A program made the translations under genes and the position numbers. Source: Sphagnum compactum (taxonomy: Eukaryota). From it: a stretch of 64,000 nucleotides of DNA. The first letter of the stretch is position 1; each line of letters begins with the position of its first letter. Location of the stretch: assembly GCA_965153455.1 (NCBI GenBank), contig OZ234493.1, positions 5,890,001 through 5,954,000 of the forward strand. Direction: 5' to 3'. This document shows, piece after piece, positions 52,301-64,000 of this stretch. The notes under the pieces were generated by a model. It had not been told where the DNA came from. It did not search any database and saw only the letters and a program-made list of their open reading frames with translations.

Positions 52301-55300
52301 TGTTTTAGTTGTCAAAATGCATCAAGTTGAACTTGTTCAAAAAATGTGTTATAATTATTAGGTTTAATAAATACAACTCAAAGAACTCATCATCACAAAC
52401 ACCACCATCAATTCAATAGTAACATGGCCAACCAAATAAGGCCATGTCATAAAAATCCAAGGGTAAACAAAAAGGATCACAAACGATTTCTACCCCATTG
52501 CATCAGTTTTACGACAATAAGAGTCAAACGTGATTTTATTGGATTTGTGTGGGTGACCATCTTAAAAAATAATGTTCACAAAAACGTGAGGGGCAAGGTC
52601 AAACTTCAACAACACAATTACATTCTTCCCATTATCATAAAAATAACATGATATTGATCATTGCTTCCAATTGTGTTTTAAGTTATGGACAATTCATTCA
52701 TAATCCAACAACAACTGAAGGTAAGATGTTGGGAAAATCACTTGAAGGAAAAATGTTTTAAGCAAGGGCACAATTACCAAATAAAATCAAGGACATGCCA
52801 ATACAAAGTTAGATTTGCACACTTGGAGGTGTTAGTGGCAACCATGGCCTCCCAAATGAAACCCACATTGAGTTTGAACAACCCAAGGGGCCAAGATAAA
52901 CCCTTTTTTTTAAAATTATGATTTGAGTTTGGAATAATTTTGTGGAGCATGAGTTTTTGAATCTTTGACCCCAAATAAGATTATGCTTAAAGTTCCATGG
53001 TATTAAGAGTATAATAGACTGTTTCTACATAGTTTCCTTTTTATAGCTACTATTTTGTTTCCTTCTTAAAACATAATCTATGGTCAAACTATAGTTAAAT
53101 ATCAGAAAACCAAAATACAACAATTATAGAGTAAAATAAATATTTTCTTATCAAATTCACATTAATATTTTACACAAATTTGGACATATTAACAATCTAT
53201 AATTTTAAAAGTGGAAATCAACACTAAAAACATGAAAAATATGTGGTTTCCAATACCAACAGAACTCTAAACTCATATTGTGTCTTTCTCCAACATCTCT
53301 CTAAGTCTAACTATGTGTGTAAAAAAATCAACCTCTTTCAAAATTCCATCAAATTTTAGAACTACATCATAAGTTCTCTTCTTTCCAAAAGTAATTCAAA
53401 ATCAAATGTTCAATAGTTTTAGTCCTATCCAACTAATCAAATGTTTTGTTGTATCCCTACCATTCACTAACTAGTCATTGCCTTGTTGAATTTGTTCCAT
53501 TCATTGGGTAACAAATAATCATATTTATACAAAACTTGAGTAATAGTTTAACCCAATGACATTGCCTTATTAGTTTGTTGAATCTGAACCATTTGTACAA
53601 TTATGCAAATCATCTTTGGATATTAATATACAATTGCACCATTTTTATTTAGATTTTTTGAATGTAAATTAACAATTAATAGGATCATATAAAATTTCAA
53701 ATGTTTAACAAAGAAAAAAGATGTTCAAAATTTCAACCATGGAATTTTCCAAATTATTATTTCAAAATTTTATTGATTTTAAATAAAAATTAAAAATTAA
53801 ATCATGTTGTTATTAAAAAAAACCATTTTCATAAGCCTTTTAATGTTTATGGTTTATTATAGGGTTTAGGGTTCATGTGTTGAATTTTTCTTTGTTATTG
53901 TCAAACTTTGTACTTTTGGATTTTACTTGTGTTCTCATTGATGGTGAATACATAAAAGGCTAGTGCTATGTTCATATTCCACATTGTTTGTTGGTTCAAT
54001 TCTTTTTGTTGTTGCTTTCTTTTCTAAATGGTCTATCTTATAGATTGATTTCATTATCTATGGTTTGGAAATTAAACATGTTCAAACCTTATCACTAAAT
54101 CATTTCACAATTTCTCATTAAGTTGATTCAAATCCCAAGTTTGGATAACTTTTTTATTTTTTTCTTATGTACAACAAAGGATGATTTGAAACAATGTTTC
54201 CCATTAAATGTATTGTTGTTGGGCAAAAATATGTATACTTTTGATAAAAAGATTTGTCAACTTGCTTATAATAGGTTAATTGTAAAAACCAAGTACTACT
54301 AATAGGACGAACCCATCCTTGGGTGGTACCACTAAAAATCACCTCAAGGAATGGTTAAGGAACAAAAAACGGCCAAACCAGTTTCCTAGGCCCTATACTA
54401 AAAATGTTTTTACAACTATAATTTTTTTTTCATGTTTATCAATTAAATGCATTAATATATGGCTTGAAGTTTATTTTGGAATAAAACATTTGAAAATTGT
54501 TAAAGATGTGTATTCTTAATTAAAATGGTTCCTTTAGAAATTGATAATGTTAACTTTGGAAATTCATAATTAAATTATACTTACTTGATTAATTTCCTAA
54601 TAAAAAATAAAAAAATGATTTTCAAATTACCTTAAGAAAAACATTCTCAAGAAAATTCTCAAATCACGGATATTGTTGACAACCTTTAAATTCTTGACCA
54701 CTTTCACAAGGAAAATTGGGAACAATTGAATGTTGTTCACCCTTGAACTATTAAGTGATTGGGATTGGAAAGTGAACATTATTTAAATAAAATCAATATG
54801 GTTGATATTCATCCATATCTAAATAGCCCCAAGGTTTCATACATTGAATAGGTAATTAGTTTTACATTGTGTTGTCCAACCCATGGAAATTGGGTTGGTT
54901 GTCATGAAATATTTAACAATTTGACCTGATATCAAATTGAACTTTGCAAGGTGGCCACAAATTGTAGCCATTCAATTATTGATTTGGCATTCACCAATAT
55001 AACATTCTTCAAGAGAAAAATAATAAACAAATAATGATAGAAATATTTGTGTTACTTGTTGGATTAAGTGTAAAGTAAAGACCATAAGATTTTCATTTCC
55101 AAAATTAGACCTGCTAGCCAAGTATCATAGGAAGAAAAAGAAAAAAAAAGGGTGGGTGTTTCAAAAAATGTAATGCCAAACTTTATAAACATTGCATTTT
55201 TTGAAACACAAATGTGGTCATTATGTTTTTCAAACTGCCTTCCCTTTGTAGATTAGAAATCATGTTCTATAAGGCTATTTCTAAATACCCTATCTACCAC

Positions 55301-58300
55301 TTTTTTCATAGGTCTTTACATGACCAACACCAACCCATGCACCATTCGTTGGAAACATGTTATGGTTTAGTTGTGGTGCATTTGTAAGTTACCAAGGTTC
55401 CATCTTGCAAGTTTTTCTACTTCCTTTTTTTACCCACCAAGGTGATTACTTAGTGGATTGGCATCATAGATAAGTAGGCACGGCATGCAATGGGTTACTA
55501 TGTAGGTAGGTAAATAGGGAAGGCACTTGTTGGCTAATATATAAATAGATGCATGTGGATGGGTACAGTTACTACATGGTTAACCACCGTGGTTAGATAT
55601 GAAACAAGAATAAAATGAAAGAAATTCTTCATGTCCACACACACCATTCATCATATATGGTGAATTGGTTCACTTTGGCCTTACTTTTTTTCTTTTTTTG
55701 TCATCTGGATGTTGTAACAAGGTAGGTTTGTGATTTAAAAGGGAACTTGGAAGCAAAAAAAGGATAAATGAATTGCCTTAATGGATAGGGATGAGCTATA
55801 GGGATTTGCATTAGGGTGTTGATTTAAATTGCATTTGGAGATGAATGAACTATGTGCGTAAATTTATTCTTTGAAATTCCGTTGTGTTGGAAATACAAAG
55901 TTCCTTATATTAGCTTTGTCATAGGTTGTTGGTGAAGATGATGTAAAATTCAAAAGATCTGTGAATGTTCTTCTATCGACATTATATCATGAATGATTGA
56001 ACTTGATATTGAGAAGTGGGTTTTGGGATGAAATGAAGTGACTAATGTGGTTGACATTCTAAGTTTGGGATTTGCAGCTAATTTTTCATTTGGGGTTTGG
56101 GCAAAATTTGTTAATATTGAATTCTTCAAGTTTGGGATGAAGCTGGGATTCTTTGCTTATAGAAACTTCTGGGATTTAGATGGGTGTGGGAAGAAACAAT
56201 GCCATTAGAAGGCTAGGGGATGCTCAATGACTTCGAAAGGTTCTAATTCACCTAAACCTTAATGAGATTGTGAGTAGGTGGATTCATGCCAAGGCATTGT
56301 CTATTAGCACTAGTGCATGTAAAAAAACAAAGAGGTTATGTATACTTCTCCTTTTTGGCTGTAATACTACCCAAATAATCCAAAGCTTACCTTAGGTTAC
56401 TATACAATTTAAAGTTTAGGCTTTAGGGTAGGTGGGTTTATTGTCGTGACAAATAGTCTTAGAGAACAAAAGAAGAATAAAGTCAATTTATGTTCAATTT
56501 TGGTAAAAAAAAAAGAAAAAAAAAGATCCGGGCTCAAGTGATTGAATGATTTTTGGGCATGTTTTTGACTTTTGGATTTATTTTTTAAGTTTTATTATAA
56601 TGGGGCATGTTGATGCGGCTAAGTTTACTAGTTTTCATCACAAAGAGAACCTATAATCATAGCATATGGAATCTAATTTTTAATATTCATTTTCTTATTA
56701 TTACTAAATTAATTTTACTATTTCTCCACTCTCCATTTACTTATTATTAAACTATGTTTTACTATATTTTCAACATCATGAAATATAGAGTTATTCGCTA
56801 ATTTTTTTTTCATAAACGACTCAATATTTATAGTCATCAAAAAATTGAAACAACACTCCTCATGTTATGTATTCAATATTTGTTTTGAGATGTATAATAT
56901 TCTATCATGATCTAATCTGATAGAATGTGCAGCTAAGGCTTTTAATGTGACATTATATGCGTGGAACTGACAAGTAATATCCTTTTTCACCTACACACTT
57001 GCTTATATTATTTACCTATCTCAACATCAAGGATGTTGACACTACACATTTGTAGTACAGGGGTAGCTTGGGCACATGTTTGTTGAATAATTAAGTAATT
57101 TTTAATAATCTATTTGGAAAAAAAAAAGGTCCTGAATGTTTGAAAATCATTCTCATTTTCCTTCAAGAAAAAATGTTTCTAAAGAAAATTAAATTAAAAA
57201 AATTTCAGAATTTCTAAAACAATACAATTTCTGCTGAAGCAGTCAAGGTAACTAGGGTACAAATATTAAAATTAATACAAATATTGTGGGTCATATTAGT
57301 GCAACTACATTACGAAATTGACCAAAAAAAAAACCCAACATGGTTTATAAAGAAAAGATTATCTACAAAGAAGATTTAGCCAAGTTTATAGCCGAAAAGA
57401 TTTGGCTATAGAACTTAAATGAAAATAGAAAAATTTAGGAATCATTTTATATTTTGGCTACACGCTGGAACCTATTGTAGAAAGTTGGTCAATTTAATTA
57501 AACTAAAAATTTCCAAATCTGGTGTATTAGGGCCATTAATATGGACAACTTTTTTTCACAAAAATCCTTTGAATGTGTTGAAATCATATACTTTAGGTTA
57601 AAAAAAAGTGAAAATTTAGCCAAAAAAAAAAAACATTTACTGTGTTCTTTTCTTTGTTTTCTTTCTTTCTTTTGATATTACTCAACCCGTCTATGATGAT
57701 ATTGTAGTACCTTGGCCACTTTGACATATGTTTGTTGAATAATTAATTAATTAATCAATTCCGAGGATTCAGTTTTGACAAATGATATATTCCTAAATAT
57801 TGCATCAGATTCTTTTATTTTTCGTTAGAAAAAATATGTATTTTGAAAATTTCAACATTTCTGAAAATGATATAATTAGTGTGGAACTGGCTCATGTACT
57901 TATGGTATTTTCTGATTTGAGGTGCTTTACTTTGCACTCTAATGGGATTTGAACAATTAGAGCAGATCCCACCCACTTGTAGTATGTAGACTTTTGCTAG
58001 TGTCTACCACCATTGTTTTTTTGTGGAAAAAAAATTATGGTTTTTGTTGGAAATTTCTTTGAGGGTCTTTTTTTATAGTGTAAATTAGACTAATTTAGAG
58101 AAAATCTTGGATTTTTTTTCAAATTTTTAATATTACAAATTGAAAAAAAGAATTACATCCAAAATAGTGTGCCAGTTAGTTCCACAGCCCCACTATCCCA
58201 ATTTACACCAGCTGGAGTTAAATTCTTAAAAATAAGATTGTCAAAATGGACCAGTCTTCCAACTATCCACTTATCCGCCCAACCCCCCTCCCCCACGGTA

Positions 58301-59530
58301 TGGCTTCCATGCACATATTTACATCAAGTTTCCAACAAGTTGATGTGTGGGTTTTGATTAAGAATTAATGAATTCTAATTGGTGATTACTGGAAGCACTG
58401 AATGTGGCTTTTACAATAATGAAACTGGTACACTAAATGTGAAGCCCTAAAAGTCGAGAGAGTCAACAACATTGCCACTTGACTTAATCGCCATTTACGC
58501 TATTGATGTTATACATGTCTCATATAGAGATGGCTTCCCTCAAGTCCGGGCTGTGATGAGTCTTGTGAGTCTGAGTTTGCACGTGGCTCGTTCTAGCATC
58601 AGTTTACGTACGTTTAAATGGTCCTTTTTAGATTTTCATCTTCATTTAGCCGTCATCTTATTCCTTATTGGTGCATATATGAAACGTTCCCAATGAACCG
58701 CAAAAAATTATAATACTAATGTGTTGGATGAAGAATAATCCATTTCAAACTGCAAAGACAAATGACACAAACATTCTATGTTGAGAGTTGAGATCAATGT
58801 TGTTCAATTCTAGCTTTTCAAGAGAACCTCCAATTATAGTTCCAACTTTTTCCTTTTAAATTTGAACTTTCTTAGAAATATGAAACATCCATGGTGGATT
58901 GTTATGAGACATCCATGAATTTAAATTAAAAGATGGGTTTGAGTGTGGTGCCACAATCATTCAAGATATTGCAAGCATTTGAAATCAAAGAAGCTGAGAG
59001 ATAGATCATTGGACTAGATGACACAAACCCTAAACCCAGTGGCAATGACCATTGGTTAGTTACTACTAGTTACTATTACCCTTGTTCGCAATATTGTGTA
59101 TGAGGGTGTTTATCAAGGACACAATAATATTGCAAACTTATATTGTGTATGAGTGTGTTTGATATTGTATCCTTGATAAACACCCTCTTGGTCCATGCAA
59201 AATTTGCTATTCATCTATGCACAAATTTGACTATACATTTTATTGCTGCCAAAAAAAAAAGTTAATTATGAAAACATCTGATGATGCAAAATTCTCAATA
59301 TCTACAAAACCTTGCTATTAATTTCAGTGTTAAAAAATTCCTATAAAATAAATAAATAAATAATACAGTAACATGCTGCAGATACCATTTGGGACAATTA
59401 TATGGCAAGGAAAGGGATAGCTAGAAAACACCAAATCTAGATCAACTGGATGGTTTTGTTTCTTCCCCAAGCTGCCCATGACCTTGTTAGCCATAATAGT
59501 TCCAAAGGGAAACATACAATAAGCACGGAG

Positions 59531-59612
59531 GAAATGTGAGTAAGGTTGGGTCAGTAGTCAAAAAGACCAAGGAAATGTAAGTAAGGTTGGGTCAGTAGTC
59601 AAAAAGACCAAA
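59531..59612. repeat. Tandem duplication of ~41 bp
   Basis: gaaatgt(g/a)agtaaggttgggtcagtagtcaaaaagaccaa occurs twice, adjacent. Confidence 0.9.
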
Positions 59613-60382
59613 AAAGTGGTCATGGATTGACAGAGAATTGAATGAATGAATGAAGAGTTTGAATGACTGTTTTTTTTACTTTCATTATAAGTGAACTGCA
59701 ACTAACTTACTTTGGTGGCCAAATCTCTTTGTCGCACTCATGACCGAAAATTTGTCAGAGTGTTGGTGTGAAGCTTGAGTGAGTTAAAGCACAAAACCTT
59801 GCTACGGTTTATGCGGTTCTACAACCAACTAAGCTTTAATAGACCAACAAAAAAAACCCTGGAGAAACTTTCATCATGTTGTTTTTAAGTATAAATCATA
59901 TGAAAGTTTGATAGCAGAAAAATTGGTCACATTTCATTTTGAATATGGAAAATTTTCAAAGTTTTTTTTTTTCCTTGGGGGAGTAAAAAGAAAAGAGTTA
60001 GCCTACAATATGGAAAATTTTCAAAAAAAAAATTTTGGGAAAAGAAAAGAGTTATAATACAACATAGAATGTAAATTATTAGCATTAGTGACAACAAATC
60101 TTACATCCGTTATTTAAAAAAAAAAAAAACTATGTCAAAACCCTAATTGGATAATTACATCTTCAATTCTAGTCTCTCACCTTTTATGGTTCAATTCTTC
60201 ATGTTTATGGGCCGGGAGGAGGAAACAACAATTAACACTCTATGTTGGATGTGATGATAAATATCCATAGAGGCCAATATAGGGGGGTGTGGGTAGAGCT
60301 ACTTTAAAATGATTTATCGAATGCATTAGCGATTTTCGAGTGTATTGGGAGGGCGCATTAAATCCGTAAAATTCCTCCTAAG

Positions 60383-60523
60383 GATCTTGGTGTGATGGGT
60401 CATTACGCACCATAAGGTGCTCACGTGGGCGCCTTATTTTAATAACGCCCTTGATCTTGGTGTGATGGGTCATTACGCACCGTAAGGTGCTCAGGTGGGT
60501 GCCTTATTTTAGTAACGCCCTTG
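60383..60523. repeat. Tandem duplication of ~70 bp
   Basis: gatcttggtgtgatgggtcattacgcacc(a/g)taaggtgctca(c/g)gtggg(c/t)gccttatttta(a/g)taacgcccttg occurs twice. Confidence 0.9.
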
Positions 60524-61852
60524 TTCCCGGCCCTTAACCTACCACATAACGGGACCAAAGGGCAAACTACAGCATGTGGTGTACTTAACCCTGGGTTCGA
60601 GGAGGCTCCATAGTATCCGCAAAAACAAGAGCTAGTTAGCTGACATCCGTGGTATAATGTTTGTGGGCTATCGGGCTTTGATTGGATGAATGACCGAATA
60701 CACTCCATCACAAACATCACATAATTGAGGTACTTCACTTGAGTAAATAGGGAAAGGGGTAAACTGAACAAGGTAGTGATGAAGAGCAGCCTTGAGCAGG
60801 AGGGCAAATCACAACAAAATCTTTGGATGTCTGAAATTATCATCATCACAAATTCACTCCAGGCATTCATGCATCAGTGGTAATTATTACCTTACCCAAG
60901 GGTCAGTTTCATCATTAAAGAAATTAGCCTTTGAAGTTTGAATATATTGAAACGAATGTTTTTATGAAATTATTTATTATGGCACCAAGGTGACAAAAAA
61001 GTTTCATTATTATTATTAGTTATTATTATTATTTCAAGCTATACAATATGGATAATTCTAACTACCTACTACTCATATGACAATATTATATTCGGTGTTT
61101 TTTCTTTTGGGGAATTTTCACATCGTGAGAGTGACCATGAAAAAAAAAATTCTAAATTTGCAAATATTTAGATAATGGGTTTCAGCAGGTTGGCAAAACT
61201 ATAGGAGGGTTTCCTAAAGTTTTTTCTACTTTTTTCTCTGGACTATAGCCAGACTTGGCTAATTCCTCTTTTGGATGATTGCCAATGTGGTTACGTTAAA
61301 AAAATTGAAAAAAAAAAAAAACCCTGAATAAATTGAACTATAATTAAATAAAAAAATTGTAATAATTCTGATTCTAAAAAGTGATTTATTTTTTAAAAAA
61401 TCAATTATTCATTTTCTCAATGTGGAAGCTAACCCTAGGTTAATTGTAAGACCAAGAACAAAATGTTCATCAGCCGACTCAATTTGTAGGTTTGTGCAAA
61501 TTTTTCCTGGCCAGTGGGAACCAGTACCCGTGACCAGCACACCATGATGGATGATGGTACACTAGTAGGTGCTGCATACATTCATCCAAAGTTCCTTGAT
61601 AGGTGAACCAAAAAAGTGCTTGTCAAAGAATGAACCATGAACCATAGCACCACACAAGCATGAGGTTGCACCTGTGCGAGTTCCAAGAGTGCAATAACAA
61701 TGGTACTGTGTATATAGGCTAGTGGATGTACATGATTCTTGTTCTGAAAGAACCTGTGTTCTATATAGTAAAAGGTTGTTGGAGTTCTTCAATTTTGATG
61801 AAGCGGGTGGAATGAAGGGCAACTTTGATCCCATCCATGATGAGGTTAGAAT

Positions 61853-61999
61853 CACTACTACAAAATGTGGGTGCAGTCCATTTAGCCCCTGTTCACTAGA
61901 ATTCACTGCTTTTTCACTGGTCCCCGTTCACTACAACCAGTGAATTCAGTCAAAATCTAGTGAAATCACTTGATGTACAGGAAACCTTTTGTTGTAGTG
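61853..61999. mobile_element. Miniature CACTA element (147 bp) with AAT target-site duplication
   Basis: aat|CACTACTACAAAA...TTTTGTTGTAGTG|aat gives a 13-bp TIR with one mismatch and a 3-bp TSD. It has internal inverted ttcactag / gaattcactg repeats. Confidence 0.8.
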
Positions 62000-62861
62000 A
62001 ATGTTACAACCATTGTTGACATAATATGGAATGGTCAAGTCATTTGCCCTTTATGTTGGGGTACTACTCCAGGCATTATGTTGCCGTAATGGACTTGCCA
62101 AGTGTGGTCGTACCCAACATAATGCACAAGGGTGAGACCATTCCATGACATTAAGGTATGGATTGGTGGACTCAAAGATTATAAAAAATTCTTATTTCCA
62201 CAGAGATTTTGATCACTATTTACAAGTGTCTGATCATCACCAGAAGCTTATGTGATAGAATGTGATCAAGAAAATGACATAATCTGCCACCCCAAGTCCT
62301 TAATAATGTAAGGGGGAGGCCATCATCAAGGGCATTACTTTGTCCAAGGGCAGTGGTCCAAGTTCCTTGTGCCCCAAAACAAAAGAATGGTCTCTGGTGC
62401 TGCCCTTCCCCTCTGGGATACATTGACTTAAGTTGGAAGGAACATCCTGGGACATGGGGTTCATGTTTGATGGGGGAGATGTTCATCCAAACTGTCTTGT
62501 GTTTGCACTTGGTGCACTCATTGGGGTTTAATGCTTCATTCCCTGATCTCCTCCTTATTGGTGGGAAAACTAGTTTGGGTCCCAGTTATTTCACTTTGTA
62601 AAATTTTCATTCCCAGTTACACGTGTGTGATGCCCTATTATGGCCTCTAATAGCACAACTTTGCAATAACTCTAGCAAACAAAAAAAAAGGGGGGAGATG
62701 AAACAGATTTTCTTCACTTGAATTGGTCCATCGCAAGAGTTTCAACCCCAGCTTAAGATTTGCCTTATTCATATTCTTCCATTAAATCAACGACATATCA
62801 ACAATGAACTCCTGCAAAGGTTGAGAACTGACACCTAGTTTCATTAAATGACTATATCTAT

Positions 62862-63113
62862 TAGGTAGGTAGAAAAAGATAACCATCATGGTTAGTTAGG
62901 GAACCATATCTGGTAGGTAGGTAGAAAAAGATAACCATCATGGTTAGTTAGGGAACCAAATCTGGTAGGTAGGTAGAAAAAGATAACCATCATGGTGAGA
63001 TAGGGAACCATATCTAGTAGGTAGGTAGAAAAAGATAACCATCATAATTAGTTGGGGAACCATATCTCGTTAGGTAGGTAGAAAAAGATAACCATCATGG
63101 TTAGTTAGGGAAC
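62862..63113. repeat. 52-bp minisatellite, 5 copies
   Basis: Unit taggtaggtagaaaaagataaccatcatggttagttagggaaccatatctgg starts at 62862, 62914, 62966, 63018 and 63071. Confidence 0.95.
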
Positions 63114-64000
63114 TCTGGAACCCAGCAGAAAAAAACACTGTTTTACTGACCATTTCTCATTCATTCATCATGTTTTACGGAGCACTGGTGGGTGCCTGGT
63201 TCATTCCGGCCAATAAAATAGTTGGAACTTGGTGCTAGCTAGAGATATTATTAGCTTGGAATGCACCTCCCAACTTCAATCTACCATCAAAAGGCCGCAC
63301 AGATCATGCCCATCGTGCTCTGATAGGTTAAACCCACATTGCCATAAAGGGTGAGTAAAAGGTTGTTTCTAGGCTTTCGAAGGATGAAGATCTTTGTAGC
63401 TTTTCACCAGTGCGGTCATTTGATGATTGGTGTATAGGCTGAAACCAATAAAACGACAATCTGAAGCCCGATCCCAGAACCCTGGTTAAATCACCCTAGT
63501 TATATGAGGGGTTTATGCAACAAGTGATCTTCCTTTTGCTCGAGCTTGATTTCTCAACACCTGAGAATGCACTTCACTAGAGCAAAAGGCTTTTTACGTG
63601 GGAAGAGTGACACTCGGCATGTAGGTAGTGTGTTTTTTAAAACCTTAGTGGCCCTGGAGTGTGGATCTTTGTTGTTATCAACACAACATGATGAGTCAAA
63701 GAGCCATTCATATTCTCTCTAACAATATTATCACTCATGGGTCATAGTGCAAAGGTACTAAACATGCATTCGGTATGATCAATGGAGGAAAGTCACCTCA
63801 CCCAAAGTATTAGTGCTTATATGATGTTATATACGGTGCTATTATGGTACACCGTATCACCCACGACGGCTGATAGATAGGCCTGTAGAAATCAAATAAG
63901 TTTTAAAAGTGCCCTAAATTTGCCTTTGTTGAATTTGCCATCTACACCTATTGTGAACCCTTTAAATGGGCAACTTTCTGTAGACAAAATTTCGCTATTT

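Noticed and set aside
53860-53873. Plant telomere motif (tagggtttagggtt)
   Set aside because: Only two units, too short to call an interstitial telomeric repeat.
60439-60870. 143-aa minus-strand ORF
   Set aside because: No recognisable domain, it runs into a tandem duplication, and I could not build a consistent exon structure.
62862-63113. 52-bp repeats as a CRISPR array
   Set aside because: Head-to-tail minisatellite with no spacers.

Overview
Eukaryotic, AT-rich plant nuclear DNA with spliced genes and heavily decayed transposons. The composition and a bryophyte-like plastid fragment suggest a moss, possibly Sphagnum; this is inference. I see only one clearly intact gene: a 4-exon PA-TM-RING (RMR-type) protein on the minus strand, 32389..29697, 350 aa. 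The left 17 kb holds broken genes: a Helitron PIF1-helicase relic fused head-to-head to a 5'-truncated starch synthase 4-like pseudogene, a mosaic plastid-derived insert (atpF piece, rpl22-like piece, trnA-UGC intron end and exon 2), a decayed CC/RPW8-like NB-ARC gene that ends next to a PIF/Harbinger relic, and an SPX-domain gene fragment rearranged into a ~400-bp inverted repeat that could form hairpin RNA. The rest is transposon debris (hAT, pogo/DDE_1, gag, two non-autonomous CACTA elements with intact 3-bp TSDs, a TA-flanked TIR element with inverted tRNA-like modules) and minisatellites. There are no CRISPR arrays or prokaryotic systems. Family calls come from recognising motifs by eye, not from database searches, and boundaries of decayed elements are approximate.
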